A stretch of 29,070 nucleotides of DNA from a virus (Duplodnaviria; Caudoviricetes): the IMG/VR virus record IMGVR_UViG_3300046710_000220, positions 1-29,070 of that record; one strand, written 5' to 3'. The notes under the pieces were generated by a model. That model did no database searches. It saw nothing but the letters and a program-made list of their open reading frames with translations, and was not told where the DNA came from. How positions within the stretch are numbered: position 1 is the stretch's first letter; each line of letters starts with the position of its first letter. The position numbers were made by a program, and so were the translations under genes. This document shows positions 1-8,573 of this stretch, one piece after another.

Positions 1-2
1 CA

Positions 3-1250
3 GGAACCGAAGCATACTCTGTTAATACTAAAATTTGGGCACCTGAAGGCTTATTAGGTCTTACTATGCACTCTCCTAATATAGACATTAATGCAACAAA
101 TGATATTCAAATGTACCAAGATCGTGTAGCTATTGCTTCTGGTGTACCTAAAGGCTATTTAGTTCAAGAATGGGGTGGATTTGGTAATTCAGCTATTTCG
201 TTAATTGAACAATTTAAACCTTTTGCACGTAGAGTGTTTACAGTACAAAGTGCTGTACTTGATGGGTTATCTAATCTCTTTAGATTACATTTTGCTATTA
301 CTGGTAAGTATGACTATAGAACACCTTTTGCCCTTTCAATGAAATTCCCTAATGAAGAAAGTTCTGATGCTAAAACAAATTCGCGCAATGCAGCTTTAAC
401 ATTATCTAAAACTGTTTTAGATACAGTAGCTAACCTTGTTGGTGCTATTGATGATCCCCTTCCTCCTGAAATTATACAAGATATTTTAGCTAAGTTCTCT
501 TTCCTTGATCCTAAAGACATTAAAAAATGGATTAAGAAGAACCCTAATCAGACTGAAAAGCCTGAAGGTGAAGAGGCCGAAGATTTTGGTGGTGGAGATG
601 CTGGTGGGGCTGGTGGTGGTGGAGTCGAAGGCGGCTCTATGCCCGGACCCGAAGATGATTTAGGTATTGAGGGTGGTGGAGAAGACTTCGCTACTGCTGG
701 TGGGGAAATGGCAGGTCCAGAGGGTGAAGAAACTGGAACCGAAGAGCCTGTAGAACCAACAGAGGAACCTGCTGATTTTGAAAGTGCTCTTGAAAATACT
801 CCAGAGCAGAAAGAAAGAAGAAGAAAATATCTTTCTATGGAAAAGAAGATTCAATTTAATGAACGTCAAAAGACCTTATATAAGAGATATAAAGAATCAG
901 AAGAAGTAGTGGCTGAAGCAGTTTATAAGCATTATTCCAGAATGGATGAATGTATTGTAGGTAATAGACATTATAAGTTTTCTATAATGGAAAGCTGTAT
1001 GGAGGCTACTTATAACCTATTTGTTAAGAAAGACACTAAAGCTTTATCTGGAACTATGACCTTACGTGAAGGATTTGAAGAAACGATTGAAATCCTTCAA
1101 GAAGAAAAGAAAACTGAAGCTCAGTTAAGTTGGAATCATATTAAAAGAACCCTTGAATCTTATGATCAAAAAGAAGAAACAGAATTAGAATATGAAGGCC
1201 AAGAAGACGATGAAGAAAGGTTTAAGAAAATTAATGATATTCTCATATAA
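3..1250 (+). CDS. Portal protein, T4 gp20-like (5'-truncated by window edge), with long acidic/Gly-rich C-terminal extension
   Basis: Frame is open from base 3. 'DIQMYQDRVAIASGVPKGYL' and 'EQFKPFARRVFTVQ' resemble the gp20 C-terminal half. Lies directly upstream of the prohead protease. Confidence 0.75.
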   Translation, partial: GTEAYSVNTKIWAPEGLLGLTMHSPNIDINATNDIQMYQDRVAIASGVPKGYLVQEWGGFGNSAISLIEQFKPFARRVFTVQSAVLDGLSNLFRLHFAITGKYDYRTPFALSMKFPNEESSDAKTNSRNAALTLSKTVLDTVANLVGAIDDPLPPEIIQDILAKFSFLDPKDIKKWIKKNPNQTEKPEGEEAEDFGGGDAGGAGGGGVEGGSMPGPEDDLGIEGGGEDFATAGGEMAGPEGEETGTEEPVEPTEEPADFESALENTPEQKERRRKYLSMEKKIQFNERQKTLYKRYKESEEVVAEAVYKHYSRMDECIVGNRHYKFSIMESCMEATYNLFVKKDTKALSGTMTLREGFEETIEILQEEKKTEAQLSWNHIKRTLESYDQKEETELEYEGQEDDEERFKKINDILI

Positions 1251-1269
1251 CCTTATTACCAATAATACA

Positions 1270-1277
1270 ACTAAATA
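1270..1277 (+). promoter_or_regulatory. Candidate phage late promoter ACTAAATA
   Basis: ACTAAWTA recurs in intergenic positions upstream of genes and resembles the T4 late promoter TATAAATA. Confidence 0.5.
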
Positions 1278-1301
1278 GATAAGACCGATAGGAGATTTTT
1301 T

Positions 1302-3035
1302 ATGGCTTTGCAACGTTTTACTGAAACGTATAAACCTGATATTACAACTTTTAATAAATTTGCCTCTGTACGTAAATTAACAGAAGCTGATATATCCAAA
1401 ATTGAAGGTTCTAAACATAAACTATCTGAGTCCACTCAAAGATACTTAGAAAAGAATCCATTAGCTAAAATGGAAAGTAAAACCGTTTATAGAATGCCTA
1501 TTTCACGTTATGACTGGAAAAATGCGAATGGCCGTATTTATTCTAAAAAGTTATGGGAAAATGTTATAGCTAATCAAAAAGATGTTTATCAAGGTGGGTG
1601 TGGTTTAGCTGATCACCCTGACGATGATAAAGATGGAATGTTCAAAGAGCAGTCTGTTGTCTGGTTAAACCTTGAATTGAATGAATCCGATGACCCTGAT
1701 GAAAAAATTGTATTTGGTGAATGTGTATTTGTTGGTATTTATGGACATTTAGCCGAAGAAGTACTTGAAGCTGGTGGACGTGTTCCCTTCTCATCTTCAG
1801 GATTTGGTGAATTAGAAGAATCTGATAAATCTCAAGTTAGATGGGATACTTACATGTTAGAACGTGTTTCTGACATTGTATTAAATCCATCACAATCTGT
1901 TTATGGTAAAAAAGAACATGCTATAAATAAAAATAATGTAAAAGAGTCAATTGAAAGTGGTAAAATTAAAGAGGAGATTGCCCCAATGAGTGAAGGTACA
2001 AATTCCCAAGTTGGGAAATATTCAAAATTAGAAGAAAGATCATTTAGAGACAGCACAGGCAAATACCTAACTGAAGCAATGAAGATTGTTGACCCATCTG
2101 ACAGGTTACAAGAACTTGAAGAAATTCAAGGTTACTTCCCCGAAGGTTTAGCTACTGATCTTTTAGATGATGTTACTTCTAAGATTACTGAGGCCAAAAA
2201 AGAAATCAGTATTGCCATTAAAGAACATGTAAAGTTAAAAGAAACTTTTGATATAAGTAGCACTGAAGAATTAAAAGAAAGTATTTTCAATGTAGCTACT
2301 AACCTTGAATTCTCTGAAAGAACTGTTGAAGAATGGAAAAAATTAGCAACTGGTTTACAGGAAAAAGTTAAAACTCTTCAAGCGGTAAATGCAGCACTGC
2401 CCACTATTAAAGCATATAAAGAAGCTGTAAAGCATTCTGAAACTAATAGAAATCTCTTCATTGAAAAAGAAAAGTTCCTTATTGAAAAGTTAAAACTGAC
2501 TGAAGGGAAGATGAACAAGGCAGAGAAAGATAAGATCGAACTTATTACTGAATTAGCTAAATATTCTGAAAAGATTGAATCTCTTAAAGAATATAATAAG
2601 AGAGCTGTTTCTAAAATCAATAGCCTTACAGTTGAATTAACGGAAACTAAAAAGGTAATTGCCTCTTCACGAAAAAGGGTTCAAGAAAATAAAGCTAAAG
2701 AAGAAGAAATTAACTTTAAACCGTCTGCAACTTTTAGAAATACCTATTCAGGATTTAATGAATCTTCAGAAGTAAAAGAATATTATATGGACTTAGTTTC
2801 TCGTCATGGTAGCAAAATAGTAAAGTATAAAGAAACTATTTTATCATGTAAGACTTTGAAAGAAGCCATGATTAATTATAATAAGTTCCTTGCTCAATTA
2901 GATTCAAGCTCAACCACTAAGATTTCTGAAGCTTTAGAACCAGAAGATAGGCAGGCTCTTTTAGAATCTCAAACTCGTAGCAGAATTATTCCTTCTAAAC
3001 CTGCAATGAAGCGTATGCCTGGAACTTGGGAATAA
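1302..3035 (+). CDS. Prohead core protease (T4 gp21-like) fused to coiled-coil scaffold (gp22-like) domain
   Basis: Motifs NANGRIY, GLADHP, FSSSGFG and SDIVLNPS match gp21 (NxNGRxY, GELxHP, SSRGxG, DxVxxPS). The C-terminal ~350 aa is K/E-rich coiled coil. SD AGGAG upstream. Confidence 0.85.
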   Translation: MALQRFTETYKPDITTFNKFASVRKLTEADISKIEGSKHKLSESTQRYLEKNPLAKMESKTVYRMPISRYDWKNANGRIYSKKLWENVIANQKDVYQGGCGLADHPDDDKDGMFKEQSVVWLNLELNESDDPDEKIVFGECVFVGIYGHLAEEVLEAGGRVPFSSSGFGELEESDKSQVRWDTYMLERVSDIVLNPSQSVYGKKEHAINKNNVKESIESGKIKEEIAPMSEGTNSQVGKYSKLEERSFRDSTGKYLTEAMKIVDPSDRLQELEEIQGYFPEGLATDLLDDVTSKITEAKKEISIAIKEHVKLKETFDISSTEELKESIFNVATNLEFSERTVEEWKKLATGLQEKVKTLQAVNAALPTIKAYKEAVKHSETNRNLFIEKEKFLIEKLKLTEGKMNKAEKDKIELITELAKYSEKIESLKEYNKRAVSKINSLTVELTETKKVIASSRKRVQENKAKEEEINFKPSATFRNTYSGFNESSEVKEYYMDLVSRHGSKIVKYKETILSCKTLKEAMINYNKFLAQLDSSSTTKISEALEPEDRQALLESQTRSRIIPSKPAMKRMPGTWE

Positions 3036-3044
3036 GGAAAAACT

Positions 3045-3461
3045 ATGCCAATCTCAGATATTGATTTTACCCAAGAAAAAGGCAACCCTTCAGAAAAAAT
3101 TAGTAAGTTAGGAAGCAAGTTAGGTGAACTAACTATTGAAACCTTTTTCGTGGATCAAGCTGAAAAGCCTATTATTACTCGGGATTATATTGAAATGATT
3201 CTTTCTCAGTATGCTCAACATACACAAGATGCTACCCTTTATAATAAATGGTTACAGATTGATACGAAGTTTGATAAGTCAATGAGAGAATATAAATCCG
3301 ATATTCTCATTCTCTTAACTGGTTTACAATCTATGAATCAAGCTCAACAAACTATGGAACAGCCTATTGAAAATAATCCTGCTGGACCTTCTGTTCAAAC
3401 TCCTCCACCTCCTGATGTTGGTGGACAAAGACAAGAACTTCCTACCAATAAAGGAATTTAA
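3045..3461 (+). CDS. Hypothetical head-module protein with P/Q-rich C-terminus
   Basis: 138-aa ORF with SD AAGGA, co-directional within the head operon. Confidence 0.7.
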   Translation: MPISDIDFTQEKGNPSEKISKLGSKLGELTIETFFVDQAEKPIITRDYIEMILSQYAQHTQDATLYNKWLQIDTKFDKSMREYKSDILILLTGLQSMNQAQQTMEQPIENNPAGPSVQTPPPPDVGGQRQELPTNKGI

Positions 3462-3463
3462 TT

Positions 3464-4483
3464 GTGGAATACTTAAATGAACATGAGAAATTCCTTTTTG
3501 AAGAAGATGGAATGAATATTAGTGGAGAAGGTAATATGGATGCTGGTGGAGGTGAACCAGTTGATGATGTTATGCCTGAATCTCCAGACAATATGATGGA
3601 AGCAGCCGATGATCCTTTTCATAACTTTGCCCATGTAATAGAACCTGTTGATATTAATAGAGCTAAAGCAATTATGGGAGCTAACGGATATCTAATTAAG
3701 ATAGGTCCAGACTTCTTTGTTAGTGGACCTAATCCTCAACGCGATCCCCTTTATCCTATAGATCAAAAAGTTGTTTCTCAATTTGGTAATAATCTTAAAG
3801 TTGTTAAAGATAATCCTAATTCTGTTTATAAACCTTGGAAGATTATGAAAGTAACTTCTGGAATAGAACCTACAGATATAAATAAGGGAATGAAGAAGAT
3901 TAGACCGGTTGTAGGTAATGAGTACCATACTTTTGAATCAAAGGGGAAGAAAGTGAAAGAATCATATAATGACATGACTGATGAGGAACTTCAAGCAGAA
4001 CATGACAAGCATAATGCTGATAAAGAGGATTATGATGGTAACAAAACTAATCCTAACTACCCTAAGTTTAAGAAAGCTGTAAACACTCAAAAACAGATTA
4101 AAAATGTTCAAAGAAATCGTGATAAAGCTGCTGGTAAAATTCCTCATGGTGATCCTACCCTTAACCCAGCTAAAGATCGTGCTAATCGTAATAAACCTTG
4201 GGAAGAAAAGTTTGATAGAGACTTATTTATTGAAAAAGCTATTCAACGTGGTTTAAATAGAGAACAAATTAAATCCTTATTGAAAGAAGTTGATTATAAT
4301 AGTAATGAAGAACCAGTAGAAGAATATAAAGATTTAACCAATCAATTAATTGAAGAATTGACTGATGAAAATGATCATTCAGCAGTAGATGTTATTAAAG
4401 CTATGCTTATAACCAGAGATGTTAAAATGTTTAAAGTTGCCGCTGCTAAGTGGATTAAACGTGAAGAACAGGGGTACTTATAA
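3464..4483 (+). CDS. Probable prohead core/internal head protein
   Basis: GTG start with SD AAGGA. Highly charged, with many hydrophobic-x-E sites (LNE, MME, VKE, LKE) like gp21 cleavage sites. Confidence 0.6.
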   Translation: MEYLNEHEKFLFEEDGMNISGEGNMDAGGGEPVDDVMPESPDNMMEAADDPFHNFAHVIEPVDINRAKAIMGANGYLIKIGPDFFVSGPNPQRDPLYPIDQKVVSQFGNNLKVVKDNPNSVYKPWKIMKVTSGIEPTDINKGMKKIRPVVGNEYHTFESKGKKVKESYNDMTDEELQAEHDKHNADKEDYDGNKTNPNYPKFKKAVNTQKQIKNVQRNRDKAAGKIPHGDPTLNPAKDRANRNKPWEEKFDRDLFIEKAIQRGLNREQIKSLLKEVDYNSNEEPVEEYKDLTNQLIEELTDENDHSAVDVIKAMLITRDVKMFKVAAAKWIKREEQGYL

Positions 4484-4935
4484 TGCCATCAGTAAAAAAA
4501 GGTGAATCACAAGAAGACTTCGTTTCTCGCTGTATTCCTTATTTAATTAAGAATGAAGGAAAAGATCAGAAACAAGCTGCTGGTGAATGCTATGGAATTT
4601 ATAAACAACATAAACAAGAAAGTGTAGTTGCTAAAGGTTTAGCTGCTGGACTTAATAGACTCCAAATTAAAGAACTTCTTATTGAATCTGATAAGTTTTT
4701 AGAAACCCCCGGTGGGGAAGATCAAACTAAAAATGATCCTGACTTTGATTATGCTGATCCTGATAATATGGAAGAACCTGATACAATTAGAGAAGCTAAT
4801 AATGCAGTCTATAGGGACATCACTATGATTATAAAAGGATTCAAGGGATTAGAAAGTAAAATTAATAACCCCGAGTTGAAGAATAAAATTCATAGTTTAT
4901 TAGGACAGATTGAAGAAGTATATGCTCAGCTATAG
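4483..4935 (+). CDS. Probable internal head protein with N-terminal 'MP..K.GE...DF.SRC....E...Q.QA...CY' phage module
   Basis: TAATG coupling to the previous gene. N-terminal module of a type I recall from phage head-associated proteins. Shares the GLNRxQIKxLLxE motif with ORF 3464-4483. Confidence 0.6.
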   Translation: MPSVKKGESQEDFVSRCIPYLIKNEGKDQKQAAGECYGIYKQHKQESVVAKGLAAGLNRLQIKELLIESDKFLETPGGEDQTKNDPDFDYADPDNMEEPDTIREANNAVYRDITMIIKGFKGLESKINNPELKNKIHSLLGQIEEVYAQL

Positions 4936-5135
4936 GTGAGCTTTCCTTCCAGAAACTCTTTATAGGAAACTTCAGTACCCCTGGGGCCAACTCCGGTTAG
5001 GATAAACTTACCCCTTGAGAGTCTTACAGTTTTAACACCCTTAATAACTTTTCTTTTAATGAAAGGTCTATATAGAAGGGTATCACAACCTGTCCCATTG
5101 CAGGTAAGACAAACTACTGGATGACCTTTTTCCAC
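4926..5135 (-). pseudogene. Small CxxCxGxG protein, possibly a 5'-truncated remnant
   Basis: Only one CxxCxGxG motif (CLTCNGTG). The GTG start lies inside the endonuclease gene directly after an in-frame TGA, with no evident SD. Confidence 0.35.
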
Positions 5136-6727
5136 TCAAATACTATATTCCCGCAGTTCCAAATTCTGTCATAGCCATTCAATTGCATATTTTCCCATTC
5201 TGTTAAATTATCATCAAATATGTCTAATTTATCTCTCAATTTATGTTTCTGATAACCAAATCGACTCTCTACAGTTTTATGGTTCTTAGTATACCAATAA
5301 GAAGGAGAAGTATATTCTACTAATGTAAACCCAGAAGATGTATACCCTTTCCCATTAAATAAGCCCCTATCGCAATAAGAGATAATACTAACAGGGTCAT
5401 TTTCTTTTATGAAGTTAGCCATGAGTTTAGATAGCCCACCTTGCACAGAATTTTGTAACTTAGAACAACTTCTTAATAACTCCCATTCATAGTTATGGTT
5501 ATACCTTGAATATCCAAAAGAAGCAATCTGAATAATTTCCCCATCTTTGTTAATTAACCCATAACATATTTTAGAAGGTATGTACCCTTGAATATGGTTT
5601 TCTTTTAAGAAAGATCGTTCTATTTGTGTTGATATTCTCTCTATTTTACACTTTCTTGCTCCTGTCCTTAGTATTTTAGAACCATTAAGTCTATTATATA
5701 GAATAGATAATATAATTTCCTTTTGAGATACCCATTGCCATTCAAAAATATGTATTAAGTTGATTCCTTTACTTTCACAAAGAAGTGTTTTATTTAAGTG
5801 GTAACTTTTATCTTTTTTTGCAGATTCAGAATGCCAGTATGTTCCATTAAACTCTATGGCTATGTTGTGGTCGGGAAAGTATATATCAAGCTCATAAGGG
5901 GGAATAATATTTAATTTTCTGGTTTCAAAAGAGAATTCTCCAGATAAGGAAGTATGGATTTCCTTCTCCATCAAAGATTCTCCTGCTCTAAGTAAAGGAT
6001 AACAGGAGGGACAACGTGGAACAATCCCATTTTCTAAATAAAAATAAAAATGTGTTCCACACTTAAGACATTCCCAATTAAATTCCTGATATTTTTCTCT
6101 TTTGGTTTCTAAAAAGTATTTCCAAGTAAATAGCGGTTTAACTTTTCCCTGAAGTCGATTATCTGATAATAAAGATTCGTAAAATATTCTTTTAGATTCT
6201 TTATTATAGTGTTCTTTAAAAGAAGGAGAGGATAAAATAGTAGTGTAACCATATCTTTCTTGTGTGGTTTTCTTGACTTTCTCTTTTATTTCAATATTCT
6301 GTGCTGGAGCTTTAACACCATATCTTTCAATATTGGTTTCTTCTATCTTTTTTTGAACAATAGTAGACTTTGCAGCATTATCTACACCATACAAAGTAAA
6401 AACAGTATTTTTTAAGCTTTCTTTAGTAGAATCAAGTTGCATAATGTTTTCTACACCATACCGTTCTTTAACAGTGCTTTGTCTTCTAAGATTAATTTCT
6501 TTCTTCTCTTCTGAGGTTTTATTAGAGATAGTACTTTTCATTTTATTTATAGATAAAATGCTCTTAGCTGGGTTCTCAACTCCATATTTTTCTAAATTTG
6601 TTTTCTTTCTCTTCTCTATTACTTCAGGGGAATTAGATATACATCGGGGAGAGCAATACTTTCCCCATTTCTTTGTTTTTTTATTAAATCGAGTAGGGTT
6701 GCCACAATAGCAGAGGTGTTGTTCCAT
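5114..6727 (-). CDS. Putative Hef-like homing endonuclease: Zn motif, five 'T..E.YG' repeats, Zn ribbon, Vsr/PD-(D/E)xK-like nuclease and C-terminal GNAT-like domain
   Basis: CYCG..YCS.RC; repeats such as KKTNLEKYGVENP; CLKC..CPSC; ELDIYFPDHNIAIEFNGTYWHS; FLKENHIQG..ELLR..GGLSKL..ISYCDR. Opposite strand to the head operon. Confidence 0.7.
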   Translation of the reverse strand: MEQHLCYCGNPTRFNKKTKKWGKYCSPRCISNSPEVIEKRKKTNLEKYGVENPAKSILSINKMKSTISNKTSEEKKEINLRRQSTVKERYGVENIMQLDSTKESLKNTVFTLYGVDNAAKSTIVQKKIEETNIERYGVKAPAQNIEIKEKVKKTTQERYGYTTILSSPSFKEHYNKESKRIFYESLLSDNRLQGKVKPLFTWKYFLETKREKYQEFNWECLKCGTHFYFYLENGIVPRCPSCYPLLRAGESLMEKEIHTSLSGEFSFETRKLNIIPPYELDIYFPDHNIAIEFNGTYWHSESAKKDKSYHLNKTLLCESKGINLIHIFEWQWVSQKEIILSILYNRLNGSKILRTGARKCKIERISTQIERSFLKENHIQGYIPSKICYGLINKDGEIIQIASFGYSRYNHNYEWELLRSCSKLQNSVQGGLSKLMANFIKENDPVSIISYCDRGLFNGKGYTSSGFTLVEYTSPSYWYTKNHKTVESRFGYQKHKLRDKLDIFDDNLTEWENMQLNGYDRIWNCGNIVFEWKKVIQ

Positions 6728-6735
6728 GGTTAGTT

Positions 6736-6764
6736 AGTATATATAAAATTTTATAAAGTTTCAA
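6736..6764 (-). promoter_or_regulatory. sigma70-type promoter TTGAAA-17-TATACT for the endonuclease gene (near-leaderless)
   Basis: -35 at 6759-6764, -10 at 6736-6741, ATG at 6727. Confidence 0.55.
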
Positions 6765-6776
6765 GTCCTCTTTTTC

Positions 6777-6811
6777 ACTAAATAACTTATTTAACCCTCT
6801 TGTACTAATTA
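6777..6811 (+). promoter_or_regulatory. Tandem candidate late promoters (ACTAAATA 6777-6784; ACTAATTA 6804-6811) for the major capsid gene
   Basis: Two copies of the recurring motif upstream of the MCP gene. Confidence 0.5.
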
Positions 6812-6980
6812 AAGGTATCGGGTTTTAGTTTGGAGATTTTATATAATCTCGACCACTCCATCATAAATATGGAGATTAGAAACATATATTGTTTTTATAT
6901 GACTATTGGAATTTAATATTATTAGTTCTCCCAAAATGTACACACAATTTTAACTATTTACCATTATGGAGATTACTACA

Positions 6981-8453
6981 ATGGGTATGAGATCAAAAAT
7001 GTCTGAATCAATGAGACTTGATGAAGATACTATTTCAGCGTTAAACGAACGTGAAGCACGTTCATTCCGCTTGATTGAAAAATGGTCGAAAGTTCCTGAA
7101 ATCGGTTCAGGTCTTCGCGCCATGGATGAAAAGAAAGCCACAAACTTAGCCATCTTGCTTGAAAAACAAGCTCGTCACATGGCAAGATTAACAGAAGCAC
7201 AGTATTCTGCTGCTTTCGCCGCAACTCCTGAAAATATGATTCGCCTTGTTCGCTTGGCCTATCCTAATTCTATTCGTGACAAACTGTTTACTGAATTTGC
7301 AATGGAAACTGCTAAAGACTCCATCAAGTACATTAAACCAATTTATTCCGCTAACTCAAACATCAACCGTGACGATTCGTTTGGTGGACTTGGTAACGGA
7401 TTCAACCCTAACGTAACTTATGAATCTAAGCAATCACGTTTCCCTACAGAAATGGCTAATGCTACCGTAACTGGTGCTGGTCCTTATACTGTTGCTTTCA
7501 CTACTAATGAATTTACCCAAGGTTATATTGCTGGCTATGCCATTATATATGATACCTCTGGTAACGTATTAGCATGGGAAAATAAACCCGGTGGTGGTAT
7601 TGCTGTTTGGACTGTTGGACCTTCTTCAGGTATCAGCAATATTACATTTGATGGTGTTGGTACTTATACTGTTACATCAACAACTGCAATTGGTCAAGGT
7701 ATTGGTCGTTATAACTCAGAACGCGATTTAACAGGAACCTACTTAGGTGAAGTTGAATTAGTGATGGCTGACTACCAGTTCCGTGTTCGCCCTATGACTT
7801 TAGGTGTTACTTGGACTACATTGTCAGAACTTGTTCTTGACTCTACTGTCGGAGTATCTACTGAAGAAGTTTTGATGGACGCTGCTGGTCAGGAAATCAA
7901 GAAAGCTCTTGACTTCTATGCTGTGAAGGTTGCTTATTCTGCTGCAAGAACAAACGGTTATGCCGTGTTGCCTTTCGATGCAGAAGCTGGTGCTGGTACA
8001 CAGGACTCCTACATTCATACTGCACAGACAATCTCGCAAGCGATTGAACGTGTTGGTGATATTCAGTACAATGATATCAATCGTGGTGGTGTAAGCCGGA
8101 TCGTTGGTGGACCTGCTGCTGTTACTTATCTTAGATTGAATGCTGGTTTCACTACTAAGGGTGTACAACCTCGTATTGGTGGATATCAAGTTGGTGAACT
8201 TTATGGAATCCCTGTTTTCAAAGTTCCTGCAAGTATTATCCCTGATAACGTGTTGTTAACCGTATGGAAGAATGAAAACAATGAAGCTGACGTATCTATT
8301 GCGTTCGGAACATTGATCCCCTTCTTTTCTACCGGGGCGCTCCAGCGAAAAAATTTCTACAAAGAAGCCGGATTAGCGAGCTTCGGTGACTACGTAATTT
8401 TGAACCCAAAATATTTTGGACTTATTCAAATAAATAACATTCGTGGTATCTAA
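6981..8453 (+). CDS. Major capsid protein, T4 gp23-like
   Basis: LAILLEKQ, MIRLVRLAYPN and RPMTLGVTWT resemble gp23 (AxxLENQ, LVRRAxPNL, SRxLKAxYS). SD GGAG at 6968-6971 favours ATG 6981 over the track start at 6966. Followed by a strong terminator. Confidence 0.9.
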   Translation: MGMRSKMSESMRLDEDTISALNEREARSFRLIEKWSKVPEIGSGLRAMDEKKATNLAILLEKQARHMARLTEAQYSAAFAATPENMIRLVRLAYPNSIRDKLFTEFAMETAKDSIKYIKPIYSANSNINRDDSFGGLGNGFNPNVTYESKQSRFPTEMANATVTGAGPYTVAFTTNEFTQGYIAGYAIIYDTSGNVLAWENKPGGGIAVWTVGPSSGISNITFDGVGTYTVTSTTAIGQGIGRYNSERDLTGTYLGEVELVMADYQFRVRPMTLGVTWTTLSELVLDSTVGVSTEEVLMDAAGQEIKKALDFYAVKVAYSAARTNGYAVLPFDAEAGAGTQDSYIHTAQTISQAIERVGDIQYNDINRGGVSRIVGGPAAVTYLRLNAGFTTKGVQPRIGGYQVGELYGIPVFKVPASIIPDNVLLTVWKNENNEADVSIAFGTLIPFFSTGALQRKNFYKEAGLASFGDYVILNPKYFGLIQINNIRGI

Positions 8454-8484
8454 TTCCTTATAGTAGAATAACCTAAAGACTTTT

Positions 8485-8514
8485 AACCCTTCCATTTTTT
8501 GGAAGGGTTTTTTT
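8485..8514 (+). terminator. Rho-independent terminator after MCP
   Basis: AACCCTTCCA-TTTT-TGGAAGGGTT followed by a T run. Confidence 0.85.
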
Positions 8515-8524
8515 ATTACATAAC

Positions 8525-8558
8525 TTGACTTTATTCTCAACGGGAGATATACTAATTA
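8525..8558 (+). promoter_or_regulatory. sigma70 promoter TTGACT-17-TATACT overlapping ACTAATTA
   Basis: -35 at 8525-8530, -10 at 8548-8553, motif at 8551-8558. Confidence 0.75.
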
Positions 8559-8573
8559 TAAAGGAAGTATGTA

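Noticed and set aside
580-780. GC-rich GGT/GGA low-complexity stretch as a foreign insert
   Set aside because: It simply encodes the Gly/Glu-rich linker of the portal, in frame.
314-8189. Short opposite-strand ORFs in the track (314-520, 660-869, 2378-2620, 3692-3928, 3962-4147, 6444-6710, 6950-7153, 7030-7224, 7824-8189)
   Set aside because: Antisense shadows of well-supported genes, without SDs or recognisable motifs.
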